A stretch of DNA of 64,000 nucleotides from a virus (IMGVR_UViG_3300019742_000001), one strand, 5' to 3'. Numbered from the stretch's first letter, positions 49,366-58,822 are shown. Numbers and translations: made by a program. Notes: a model not told the origin generated them from the letters alone.

Positions 49366-51111
49366 TTACATCATTCCTATACTCACACCGTACCCTTCGT
49401 ACGCTTCTTCATCTCTAAGTGTCTGTTCTAAATATTCTTTTTCAGACTGACCTTCTGAGATCAAATCACTACCATCAAGACTAATACCTTGGTTACCCAA
49501 TGAACTGAAATTAGCAAACTTTCTACGAATCAAACCAAGACTCATCTTTGACATTGCTGTAACATAATCAAGAATCCAATCTTCGTCATACATTGCCTCT
49601 TCAACATCTTTCTCAAAAGGTGTTGCTGATGTATAACTCACAACAATATCATCACCAACATTTAATATTAGATTCCCTGATCCATCAACACCATCTAACG
49701 CCAATCCATCCCACGAAACAATAGTAGAATCCTCTAACCTAAAATCAATCCCATAAACACGATCAAACGCACCAACAGTGATTTTCATCCCATCACCAAC
49801 CGATACTGGATCTTCTGTCTCTAATGACTTATTATCAATCTCTTCTTGTGTTAATTTTCTATTCTCTATTCTTGTCGTATACTGTCTTGTTACACTCTTA
49901 TTAGCCTTAGAGTTGTTTGGTCTACGACTCCGAACAGCAACATATGTGATAATAATTTCATCACCTATTCCTAACACCCCATCAAGTCCAAGATCTTTCC
50001 ACGTCAATATTTTCTTGTCATTCGTTTCCATTTTGAAATCTTCTCCAAAATTATGAACGATACCACCAGCAGAAACAGTCACGTTGTCATCCCATACAGG
50101 CCAAGACAATGTAACCTTACCAGTGTCAATATGATTTTGATTAATTCTATATTGTTCAACTTCCTTTGAAGTCGATGTAACATTTGTCCATTCGTCTGGG
50201 TAATATTCTGACTCAAACAATACAGGATATGAAATTGATACTTCATCACCTATAACCAATTGACCATCTAACCCCAACTCAGACCACGTAAGAACACGTC
50301 TATTCGTGTACAGTTGATCAAAGTCAACAAACTTTGTAGTAGTTATTCCATTTACAGTTAATTTAATATCAGATTGTACATTGGTATCAAACTTATCACT
50401 GTAATCAATACAAGGTGTGTGTTTCAACACCAACGACTTATTCAATATATTATTAGTAGTGATTGTTACATCCTCTACTACCGTTTTAACTTCCTTGAGT
50501 ACATCCTTCCATTCTGGTTTATATGTCGGCAGAGTAGATCCCTGTAACACATATGATCGTAATAATACATATCCCGGAGAATCAAAGACATATTCCTTCG
50601 GTAACCCTGTGTCATCATCATTTCCCCACCTATAAACCATACTCTCATTCAATGGTGGTGCTGGATTAATCTCAAGTTGATTTGTTGATCTATGGTATTT
50701 CCAATTATATCTGGATGGTGTATATTTTTCTAATGTCTTTAGGAAATCCAATGCTATATGATAACTTACCAAATCAGGTCCACCACTTATCATGTTCCCA
50801 AACATACCTTGTCCAAACATATAGTTCTCTATTGTGAACAGGGTATTAATACCACCACTACGAATCGCATGATCATCATACTCAATAACCTCACAAACCC
50901 CAGCAGGCAAATCATATAAGGTTTTTCCTCCTTGTAACATAATCGTAAAGTATGCTTCTTGTGTCGCGTTACCAATCGCCCACTTGATCCATTTCTGTCT
51001 GGCATAATCAATGTGCTCGCTTATCTGGTCATCACACATTTCAACCTTGACCATCGGTTCACCTAAACGATTACGAACTTTTTGTATTAATTGACTTCTT
51101 GAGATCGCCAT
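49366..51111 (-). CDS. 13: neck protein gp13 with ~300-aa triple-domain insertion
   Basis: RLGEPMVKVEM.DDQI at the N-terminus; DWILDYVTA..K..LG..R.KF...G.SLDG at the C-terminus. Confidence 0.88.
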   Translation of the reverse strand: MAISRSQLIQKVRNRLGEPMVKVEMCDDQISEHIDYARQKWIKWAIGNATQEAYFTIMLQGGKTLYDLPAGVCEVIEYDDHAIRSGGINTLFTIENYMFGQGMFGNMISGGPDLVSYHIALDFLKTLEKYTPSRYNWKYHRSTNQLEINPAPPLNESMVYRWGNDDDTGLPKEYVFDSPGYVLLRSYVLQGSTLPTYKPEWKDVLKEVKTVVEDVTITTNNILNKSLVLKHTPCIDYSDKFDTNVQSDIKLTVNGITTTKFVDFDQLYTNRRVLTWSELGLDGQLVIGDEVSISYPVLFESEYYPDEWTNVTSTSKEVEQYRINQNHIDTGKVTLSWPVWDDNVTVSAGGIVHNFGEDFKMETNDKKILTWKDLGLDGVLGIGDEIIITYVAVRSRRPNNSKANKSVTRQYTTRIENRKLTQEEIDNKSLETEDPVSVGDGMKITVGAFDRVYGIDFRLEDSTIVSWDGLALDGVDGSGNLILNVGDDIVVSYTSATPFEKDVEEAMYDEDWILDYVTAMSKMSLGLIRRKFANFSSLGNQGISLDGSDLISEGQSEKEYLEQTLRDEEAYEGYGVSIGMM

Positions 51112-51431
51112 TATTCAGATCCTCCATCACCATTATAATTAGGGTCAACATCTGCCTTATTTGGTATTTTATCAAGGACTTCTTGTAGATCCGTATTAAT
51201 AGACTCACCTAATTTCTGTGACATCTTTTGTATCTTCTCTTTTAAATTTATAATGTTCTTTTTTAAATTAACAATGCCTTCTTTCTGTCTCCTACGTCTT
51301 TCGTTATCCTCATCAGGCTTTTCCCCCTTTGCATACTCCAAATCACCCAGAGCAACATTCAAATCGAAAATAGCCTTCTTGTATTCTCTAACCATTTCAT
51401 AATCTTCTTTTATATATCCAAAAAATCTCAT
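51111..51431 (-). CDS. hypothetical protein
   Basis: 106-aa coiled-coil-like ORF behind GATAAATA. Confidence 0.6.
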   Translation of the reverse strand: MRFFGYIKEDYEMVREYKKAIFDLNVALGDLEYAKGEKPDEDNERRRRQKEGIVNLKKNIINLKEKIQKMSQKLGESINTDLQEVLDKIPNKADVDPNYNGDGGSE

Positions 51432-51453
51432 ATTTACACCTCAATGATATTTA

Positions 51454-52536
51454 TCATTTACTGGCCAACCAAGACCAATCCTCTTCCATTGCACCATCCC
51501 CAAAATCTGCCAGAACTCCCCACGCCTCATCCTCATTCTCTTCTGCGACAAATTGATATGATTCATCAAACACTTCTTGTTCTAATACAAATATTGCCCA
51601 GTACAATGCAGATACAAGGTCATCAGCGATATTAACACCAGCATACCTACCGTTACCTACATCTTGAAAGTCGGCTAGTTGTTCAACGGTTCTTGGGTCA
51701 ATAATCTCAACACATTTATCTTCAAGTATCTTTTTCATCAAAAGAACTGCCAGTGTTTTTGATTTTGTTGTAGCTCGTATACCCAAATCTCGTTCTTTAC
51801 TACCTGTATTTATAAGATTTTCGTTCTCGTATTCCCACCACAGTCTATTTACTACCGGAGCACCCTCTCCATTATTCTCACACATTATATGAGCATCATT
51901 ATAATAGTATGAAGTTCGGTTAACAATTGACGCAAAACTGTATACATCTGTATAGTTATCTTCCCATACAGCAACCTGTGTCATCGTTACTGGTGTGATA
52001 CTATCAATCCTAAGTATCTGAATAACTGATGAGTTTTCTCCTGTACCTTTGGCTGTATCAACTCCCATTACATAAGTACAACCAGACTTTGGTTTCTCCC
52101 AAATTCTGAACTTACCTAACATATCAAGGAACTCTGGCTCTTTTCTTCGTTTAAATAATCTCTCAATACAAACAGAATCTATAACTGTATTACTTGAACC
52201 GATAAACTCACAATTGTGGTGAACGAAACCATCACCGTAATACACATCACCACCAGTGACACCCAATAGATCATATACATCTGACCCACCAAGATTAATT
52301 ATCTTTTTTATCTTGACCTCGCCATAATGTCTATGTATGATGGTATCGTTAACAGATAGGTCATCCGCAAACACTTCACCAGAAAGAGTGACAAATCGGT
52401 GACCAACAGAAACTTCACAATACAATCCATTGTCACATTCAAATCTATAACCCTCTTTTTCCAACTTCTGTACACCAACAAAACTTTGAAATCCTGTAGG
52501 TGTCAACACTTTATATTTTGTATTTCCTTTCAACAT
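51454..52536 (-). CDS. 17: terminase large subunit, C-terminal half: IntC plus nuclease domain
   Basis: After ...VHHN/CEFIGSSN come the RNase H-type motifs MGVDTAKG, CENNGEG, DDLVSAL. Confidence 0.93.
   Translation of the reverse strand: MLKGNTKYKVLTPTGFQSFVGVQKLEKEGYRFECDNGLYCEVSVGHRFVTLSGEVFADDLSVNDTIIHRHYGEVKIKKIINLGGSDVYDLLGVTGGDVYYGDGFVHHNCEFIGSSNTVIDSVCIERLFKRRKEPEFLDMLGKFRIWEKPKSGCTYVMGVDTAKGTGENSSVIQILRIDSITPVTMTQVAVWEDNYTDVYSFASIVNRTSYYYNDAHIMCENNGEGAPVVNRLWWEYENENLINTGSKERDLGIRATTKSKTLAVLLMKKILEDKCVEIIDPRTVEQLADFQDVGNGRYAGVNIADDLVSALYWAIFVLEQEVFDESYQFVAEENEDEAWGVLADFGDGAMEEDWSWLASK
52213..52536 (-). mobile_element. split intein C-fragment (108 aa)
   Basis: Block B-like VSVGHRF, block F VYDL, terminal HHN followed by Cys+1. 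Confidence 0.92.
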
Positions 52537-53161
52537 TTTTCCACACCTTACCCTTTATGATCCGTTCAATTTGTTGTGGTGTAACACCATATTCACCTGC
52601 AAACTTCAAACTGAACGCCCTAATGTATGACATTGGTCTTCCATTCTTCATGACTTGACCAACACCTTCTATATATGGCTGGTCTTCAAACATTTCAATG
52701 ATTTGTATAACAATTGATTCTGTCAACTTTGTATTTGGTGGAAGAATCCCCTTACGAGTATCACACCACTTTTTACGCTGTTCTTCGGTGTGATTACATC
52801 CTTTAAATGGGATACCATCACGTTCCACTCTCTTCTTTGCTGACTCACTCATCTTCTGTCTTGATTCTTCTGTATAAATATATCCTCTGGTTGTAAAATC
52901 ATGACAAAGATGGTTACCCTTACCGTCAATTGATTCATTCAATCCATTATTGTAAGTATCATACAACTCTATATAATATTCCTCTCTGACACCAATATGA
53001 GAATAATCATCACTTCTTTCTAATATATCAAATTCAAATGAAAATCCCAAGAACCTATCTGATCTGGAATGGGCTGTCATTCTTCGTTTCAACCCTTTGT
53101 CAAATGTTGTTCCTATATAAAGTTGACCATCACTTCTGGTTATTTTATAAACTATGTACAT
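52511..53161 (-). mobile_element. free-standing GIY-YIG homing endonuclease with NUMOD3-like and HTH tail
   Basis: IVYKIT...LYIGTT, RMTAH, EEYYI, NGLN, TEESRQKMSESAK; GGAGG RBS before MYIVY. Confidence 0.88.
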
Positions 53162-53181
53162 AATTTCCTCCATATATACAG

Positions 53182-53189
53182 TATTTATA
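53182..53189 (-). promoter_or_regulatory. T4-type late promoter TATAAATA for endonuclease and TerL-C
   Basis: Exact octamer in the gap between the TerL-N stop and the endonuclease RBS. Confidence 0.8.
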
Positions 53190-53204
53190 AAATCCTATGA
53201 ATTG

Positions 53205-54050
53205 TCAACCGAAATTATCATACAGATCCGAAATCTTTATGTCCTGTATAATTCCTGTCGATTCATCCTTTATTGTCACCAAAGAATTTTCACCCAAGCA
53301 ACCAAACTCTTGATTAAATTTGACTTTACCAAGGTTAGACATCTGTTCTGCCGCCCACTCTTCATCCCTTCCGGGAACTGCACGATAATCAAAACGAGCG
53401 TGTTTAAATGTATTCTTACCTTCTTCCGCCTTTGAATAAATTTCATGGAACTTATTATACAATCCATTTGGTGTGGAAATTATAATAATCTTTGATTCTT
53501 TTGACGCTGAAATTGTTGGGTAGTTTGATGCCCAAAATTCATCTGCTTTCCATGAAGGTTCAACGAAAGCAAACTCATCACAAATCAACATTCCCATCGG
53601 CTCACCACGAAATGAATCTTTTGATGTCGCCGCAATATAAATCTTTGTATGGTTGTCAAACTCTATGGTAGTCTGTGCCCATCCCGGAACTCCGGGTTTT
53701 AACCAAACTGGTAATAATTCATACATGTATTTCAGTCGTGCCAAAAAGTTCTTTGCGGCATCAGCTTTGTTGGATACGATACCAATATTCTTATGACTGT
53801 GAAAACATGCAAACCATAATGCGTATGCAGCAACAATGGTTGATTTACCTGACTGTCGTGATAACAAACATACATTAAAACGATTGTCTATAAAGTTTTG
53901 TATTAGTTCTCTCTGATAGTCGTATGGTTGAAATGTTTCAACACCACTATCTTGACTAACTATTTTTATATAATGACTAATAAAGTATAATACATCATTC
54001 TTACACCTATTAAGTTCTCTAACTTCCGTTGGAGTATAATCATATTCCAA
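53205..54050 (-). CDS. 17: terminase large subunit, N-terminal half: ATPase plus IntN
   Basis: Walker A SRQSGKS, Walker B LICDEFAFV, IIISTPNG, QEFG followed by intein block A. Confidence 0.95.
   Translation of the reverse strand: MEYDYTPTEVRELNRCKNDVLYFISHYIKIVSQDSGVETFQPYDYQRELIQNFIDNRFNVCLLSRQSGKSTIVAAYALWFACFHSHKNIGIVSNKADAAKNFLARLKYMYELLPVWLKPGVPGWAQTTIEFDNHTKIYIAATSKDSFRGEPMGMLICDEFAFVEPSWKADEFWASNYPTISASKESKIIIISTPNGLYNKFHEIYSKAEEGKNTFKHARFDYRAVPGRDEEWAAEQMSNLGKVKFNQEFGCLGENSLVTIKDESTGIIQDIKISDLYDNFG
53208..53300 (-). mobile_element. split intein N-fragment (31 aa)
   Basis: CLGENSLVTIKDESTGIIQDIKISDLYDNFG then stop. Confidence 0.9.
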
Positions 54051-54111
54051 ATTAGGAGCTTTTACATAGTCATCATATTTGACGTTACCACCAATAACAC
54101 ACCTTCCCTAA

Positions 54112-54145
54112 AATGGGTGACCCCTGTATTTCAGGATCACCCATT
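54112..54145 (-). terminator. hairpin between phoH and terL
   Basis: AATGGGTGATCCTG-AAATA-CAGGGGTCACCCATT followed by TT; TATAAATA at 54153-54160 just upstream. Confidence 0.55.
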
Positions 54146-54155
54146 CACATTTTAT

Positions 54156-55340
54156 TTATAAACCTGTCTCTCTAACCATATCGGCTATTGGACCTCTTGA
54201 TTTGTTTCCACCAAGGACAACATGTCCATAGTTAGGTTGTCCTTTGAATAATCTAACCATCCAATTCAATCCATTATTCTCTGCATTCAAATGAATATTA
54301 TCAATCTGTCGTACATCTCCTGTACAAATAACTTTTACATTATCCCCCATACGAGAAAGAACCGTTCTCATTTCATCTCGTCCAAGGTTCTGAACCTCAT
54401 CAATCAACACAATTGCATCATCAATGTTCATACCCCGTAAAAAGTTTATAGGTAACATTTCAACTGCCTTATGATTCAGTTCCAACTTGTTTGTCTCTAC
54501 ATCTTCCCATGCTCTGTTAGCTGGTCTAAGATCGTGTAATTTTTCCATTAAATCCTGAATAGGTCTAAAATATGGATACATTTTATCACTGACATCTCCG
54601 GGTAAGAACCCAAGTTCATTACCTATTTCGATGTTTGCTTTAAATATAAAAATCTTCTTGTATTTCTTTTTTTCAAATACCTGATCAAACATTGATGCTA
54701 GTGTGATAAAGGTCTTACCGAATCCTGCCTCTGATTGTATCGTCACTAAATCAATCTCTGGGTCTGTAATTAGTTCTATGGCGGCTTTCTGATACTGTGT
54801 CCTTGGTGATACCTTCCATACAGTATTTTCGCCAACTGCTGACTCCTCTCCATACTTGTTATTGAAATATAGTTTCCCTTCATTCCAATAAAAACAGTTC
54901 TTTTCTAATTGTTCTCCCTCATCAACATTAACAAACCCCGTATATCGTTGTGATTCTGATTGAAATGGGTTACTATCTCTAAACTCTTCTGATTCAATAC
55001 CTAATTTCTGTGCCTTAAATCTTAGAAGATTATCGTTTGTAACAAAGATAGCATCTGTAATCTTATCTTGGTTTGATTGGATCTCTCGTAGAATCGAATT
55101 ATCGGGTGATTCGTGTTTTACCCCGTTATGTATAATTGTTACGTATTCAAAATTTTCTCTGATTACATTTATTGCTCTTGTAACTTGATGTCTTTTCTTT
55201 TGGTTTCCTTTTAGTTTATCTAACTCTTCTATAACAGTAGCAGGAATGTATATATTGTTCTCTTCTCCATTCCTTAAAATTTCAATGCAATTTTCATTAT
55301 CCAGTAACACGTTAGTGTCAAGAACGTAATTTTTTTTCAT
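54156..55340 (-). CDS. phoH: PIN-domain PhoH-family ATPase (YlaK/PhoH2-like)
   Basis: YVLDTNVLL PIN start; EAGFGKT; LGFLPGD; FLRGMNI; LIDEVQN; GDVRQID. Confidence 0.92.
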   Translation of the reverse strand: MKKNYVLDTNVLLDNENCIEILRNGEENNIYIPATVIEELDKLKGNQKKRHQVTRAINVIRENFEYVTIIHNGVKHESPDNSILREIQSNQDKITDAIFVTNDNLLRFKAQKLGIESEEFRDSNPFQSESQRYTGFVNVDEGEQLEKNCFYWNEGKLYFNNKYGEESAVGENTVWKVSPRTQYQKAAIELITDPEIDLVTIQSEAGFGKTFITLASMFDQVFEKKKYKKIFIFKANIEIGNELGFLPGDVSDKMYPYFRPIQDLMEKLHDLRPANRAWEDVETNKLELNHKAVEMLPINFLRGMNIDDAIVLIDEVQNLGRDEMRTVLSRMGDNVKVICTGDVRQIDNIHLNAENNGLNWMVRLFKGQPNYGHVVLGGNKSRGPIADMVRETGL

Positions 55341-55376
55341 ATTAGGGAAACTCCTGTATTTTTTAATTTTTATATC

Positions 55377-55961
55377 TTATTCACTTGTTTCTGTACTATC
55401 ATCGATGGGATCATCAATGGTTTCCACACACACCTCCCTTTGTATTTCATCAGCGTGAATCATATCCAACAGATCTTCTCTGGTCATAACCATTACAGTA
55501 TTATTTGTATCTGTACCTGTTCCTGAAACTCTACTCCCAGCTTTCTCTGCGGCTAATGCGGCTTTGACAGCCACTTCTTTTTCCTTTACTTCTACCATCT
55601 TCATATTGTATTCATGTTTCCATAATCCAAACGATGAGTTTTGTACGGATGTTGCTGCTGATGTGATTGAATTGATTAATTGACCACACACTTCATACAT
55701 TCGTGCGTTCGTCTCACCACCATTAAGAATAGCGTTCTGTGCGGTGTCTAATAGGGTGTTGGCTCTCTCAATATTTGTTAAGAGTATGATATCAGGGTCT
55801 TGATCTTTTTGACCTCTTATAACCTCTGCCAGTTGATTTCTCATATCCCTTATTTCTTGGATTTGTTGTTCGTTCTCTTCTGTTGTATCTATATCAAATT
55901 CTTGTTCAAGTATATTTGTGTTTACTTGTGAATTAGCTCTGTCTTCATCATACTGAGACAT
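55377..55961 (-). CDS. 16: terminase small subunit gp16
   Basis: ARMYEVCGQLINSI motif, TNNTVMVMTREDLLDMI tail; start trimmed to MSQYD with AGGAG. Confidence 0.75.
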   Translation of the reverse strand: MSQYDEDRANSQVNTNILEQEFDIDTTEENEQQIQEIRDMRNQLAEVIRGQKDQDPDIILLTNIERANTLLDTAQNAILNGGETNARMYEVCGQLINSITSAATSVQNSSFGLWKHEYNMKMVEVKEKEVAVKAALAAEKAGSRVSGTGTDTNNTVMVMTREDLLDMIHADEIQREVCVETIDDPIDDSTETSE

Positions 55962-56123
55962 ATATTTTATTCTCCTGTTTACATATTTATTGGAATGATT
56001 TAGACTAAGGTTATTAACCGCCGAGGGTAATATGATATATACTACTACACTATCTGTACCAAGTTTCATCCCTATACATTTTATTTCTTCTAATTGTATT
56101 TATGTATTTTATATAGAAGATAG

Positions 56124-56163
56124 AAGAAATATTTACACTGGTTTCTTAGTGTAAATATTTCTT
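56124..56163. repeat. perfect 16-bp inverted repeat
   Basis: AAGAAATATTTACACT-GGTTTCTT-AGTGTAAATATTTCTT. Confidence 0.9.
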
Positions 56164-56183
56164 TATCCGTAGGATGATTATAC

Positions 56184-56212
56184 TTGTAATGGTTAAACCT
56201 ATTTGATATAAT
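56184..56212 (+). promoter_or_regulatory. sigma70-type promoter with extended -10
   Basis: TTGTAA-N17-TATAAT with TG at 56204-56205. Confidence 0.75.
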
Positions 56213-56250
56213 CTTTTTGTTGGTTGACAAAACCCTTGAAAGGATAACTT

Positions 56251-56514
56251 ATGAAAACTGTAACAAAGAAGTTTTTATCAGATGACAATCACGGATGGCT
56301 TTCAGTTAAGAAGAAAGAGTTGTTTGATTTAGGTATTTCACAAGAGATTAGTGGATGGTCATATATGAAAGGTCAATCAGTTTACTTGGAAGAGGATGCT
56401 GATGCTGATATTTACATTAAAGCCCAAAGAAGTATTGGGGTCACTGTGTTGATCATTCGTGGTAAACAATATAAGACTTCTCCAATTCGTAAATATTCAG
56501 GATATAGTGTATAA
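56251..56514 (+). CDS. hypothetical protein, the only convincing plus-strand gene
   Basis: 87 aa, AAGGA RBS, own promoter, fills the gp23-gp16 gap. Confidence 0.75.
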   Translation: MKTVTKKFLSDDNHGWLSVKKKELFDLGISQEISGWSYMKGQSVYLEEDADADIYIKAQRSIGVTVLIIRGKQYKTSPIRKYSGYSV

Positions 56515-56544
56515 AAAAAGGGATACACAATTAAGTGTATCCCT
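56513..56544 (-). terminator. intrinsic terminator after gp23
   Basis: 10-bp stem AGGGATACAC/GTGTATCCCT, T-tract on the minus strand. Confidence 0.85.
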
Positions 56545-56570
56545 AAATTTAACTTATATCAACTTACCGA

Positions 56571-57866
56571 CTAAGGTAGGTTTTGTGCCGCTACATTGAT
56601 GTAGTAGTTTTCAGCACCAAAGATGTGTTGATGAATTGCATAACGACTCATCAAACCAACTGTTGGGTTGAAACTATCCTCAAACACAGCCTTGGAAACC
56701 AATAACTGAATGTAAGGAAGATAGATGATACCAGTATCATACTCACTTGGGCCTTTGTAACCAATTACAACATCATCTTTAGTTGCGAAAGTGTCACGAT
56801 AAACAGTCATACGACCATCAAGTGAACCAATTTTAGCAACACCAGTTACAGCCGCAGTTACGTCAGTAGCAACTGGTTGGATTGTAAATGAAGATGTTGT
56901 TTCAAGTGCTGCACAAATACTAGGTGCGGAAACAACAAAGTTACCAGCTCCACGACGAGTGTCAACTGCGATACGGTTAGCCTTACGAATCAAGAGGTTG
57001 TAGAAGTTACGATATTTCTCAGCTTCCCAACGACCATCAGCAGTAGCATAATCCCATGTAGTTGAAGAAGCGTTATTAGCAGATACACTTCTCATTGTGT
57101 TGATAAGTTCACGGTCAATCTCTGCAGTGATTTCATATGCAAGAACGTCCATCATTTCTTCTTCAAGATCAAGACCATGCATTGCTTTCAAATCCTGTGC
57201 AACCTCAAGTGACCAACGGCTTCTCAACTTACGAGTACCTGCTTCAACTTGAGCTTTTTCAACTGTCATGCTTAGTTCTTTGATTTGTTTACCACTACCG
57301 ATACCCAAACCACGATCACCAACACCCTCACCAGCTTGACCTTGTTGTAGATACCCATCAGCCGAAGTTGATGCTGCGGTATTAGAACCAAGTTCTTCAC
57401 CAGAAATTGTATCCATAGCACGACTGTCTTGGTTATCACCAGTGTAATAAGGATCAATTGTGTTGTAACCTACTTCTGATCCAGTTTGACCAGCATACTC
57501 TTGGTCAGCACGGAAACGGAGTGCAAATGCAAGACCAACAGGACCAGTCATTGGCTGAACACCGACGATATCATGAGCGATTAACTCAGGAAATGTACGA
57601 CGAACCATTGGGATTGCAATTTTGTGAAATTCTGCATTGGAGTGATAGTTACCACTACCTGCATATTGATCATTACCAGCGTCAGGTGCGATGGTACCAC
57701 CGATGCTTGATGTTTCGTTCATGCTTGGAGTCTTACCAGTTAAATAGTTCATCTGGTTTTCAAGCATAACCGCTGTTGCTCTTTTTACTTTGCGATTGGT
57801 AATTTCCTCACCTTCACAAAGAATTTCATCCCACTTAGTTGTGAGATTTTCTACGTATTTACTCAT
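56571..57866 (-). CDS. 23: major capsid protein gp23
   Basis: IPMVRRTFPELIAHDIVGVQPMTGPVGLAFALR, RKLRSRWSLEVAQDLKAMHG. Confidence 0.98.
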   Translation of the reverse strand: MSKYVENLTTKWDEILCEGEEITNRKVKRATAVMLENQMNYLTGKTPSMNETSSIGGTIAPDAGNDQYAGSGNYHSNAEFHKIAIPMVRRTFPELIAHDIVGVQPMTGPVGLAFALRFRADQEYAGQTGSEVGYNTIDPYYTGDNQDSRAMDTISGEELGSNTAASTSADGYLQQGQAGEGVGDRGLGIGSGKQIKELSMTVEKAQVEAGTRKLRSRWSLEVAQDLKAMHGLDLEEEMMDVLAYEITAEIDRELINTMRSVSANNASSTTWDYATADGRWEAEKYRNFYNLLIRKANRIAVDTRRGAGNFVVSAPSICAALETTSSFTIQPVATDVTAAVTGVAKIGSLDGRMTVYRDTFATKDDVVIGYKGPSEYDTGIIYLPYIQLLVSKAVFEDSFNPTVGLMSRYAIHQHIFGAENYYINVAAQNLP

Positions 57867-57893
57867 TAGAATATTCCTCCTATTTTATTATGA

Positions 57894-58691
57894 TTAATCA
57901 AACTTGTTTTCACGAATCATTCTTTTCCATTCTTTCATCATTGGACTAGAACTCTCGCTAACTACTTGTGTTTCTTCTTCCGTAACAACTTCTGTAACCG
58001 AAGTTTGTGTTTCTTCTTCATTGATAATAGTTGATGTCTCGGTATCAACATCAGACTCAGCAATAACTTCTGAGGTTTCTGAACTAATTGATTCAAGAAC
58101 AACATCAAATTTCTTTTCAATTTCTTCTTGACTTGAACCTTCAAGAATATTCATTACATTAGTTTTCTGACTTTCGGTTAGACCATCACACTTCTTACGG
58201 AGTAAAATATGTGTTGCCATTTCCTTAGCATCTTGTTCAAGTTGTAGTTTGGCACCAGTTGCCTCATTAACTTGATCACGTAATGATTGAATTTCACTTT
58301 TAGCTTCTTTCAACATACCTTTAACTTCTGTATCAAGTAGCCCTTCATCAATTGCAAGACGAACTTTGAATTGGTCAATGAGGTCTTCATATAATTCACC
58401 CAAACGAGCATATCGTACGATTTTCTCAGGAATAACCATTTCTTCTTCCAGAATACTATCAACAAAGTTTGAAAATTTGGATGTTACATCCTCTTTATAA
58501 TCCTCAAATTTTGTTTCAAATTCTTCTACAAGCTTTTCCTTCTCTACAACTAATTGTTCATCTACTTTACTTCCAACAAGTTCTTGTGACTTGGTTTCGA
58601 TAATAGTAGTAAGCATTTCCTTGATTTCTGTTTGTTTGGATTCATCGATCTTCCCCACACCCAGCATTTCAAGAACCTTTTCAATATCCAT
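57894..58691 (-). CDS. 22: prohead core scaffold gp22
   Basis: Glu-rich coiled coil between gp21 and gp23; start trimmed to MDIEK with GGAGG. Confidence 0.85.
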   Translation of the reverse strand: MDIEKVLEMLGVGKIDESKQTEIKEMLTTIIETKSQELVGSKVDEQLVVEKEKLVEEFETKFEDYKEDVTSKFSNFVDSILEEEMVIPEKIVRYARLGELYEDLIDQFKVRLAIDEGLLDTEVKGMLKEAKSEIQSLRDQVNEATGAKLQLEQDAKEMATHILLRKKCDGLTESQKTNVMNILEGSSQEEIEKKFDVVLESISSETSEVIAESDVDTETSTIINEEETQTSVTEVVTEEETQVVSESSSPMMKEWKRMIRENKFD

Positions 58692-58822
58692 TCTGTGTTC
58701 CTCCTTCACTTTATTTTTAGGCAGTAAAACCTTTTTCTTACATATATTTAGCAATATATTAAGTCATTTGCACCGACTATGAATATTACCTTTAATATCA
58801 ACAGTTTATAATTGCGCGTTTC

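Noticed and set aside
52511-53204. Group I intron as the explanation for the interrupted terL
   Set aside because: Only about 40 nt of non-coding sequence on one side and an ORF overlap on the other leave no room for a ribozyme core; intein blocks on both halves explain the split
43703-56544. Shared CAATTAAG loop in the hairpins at 43703-43732 and 56519-56544
   Set aside because: Only two clear cases in very AT-rich DNA; cannot be separated from chance without the full genome
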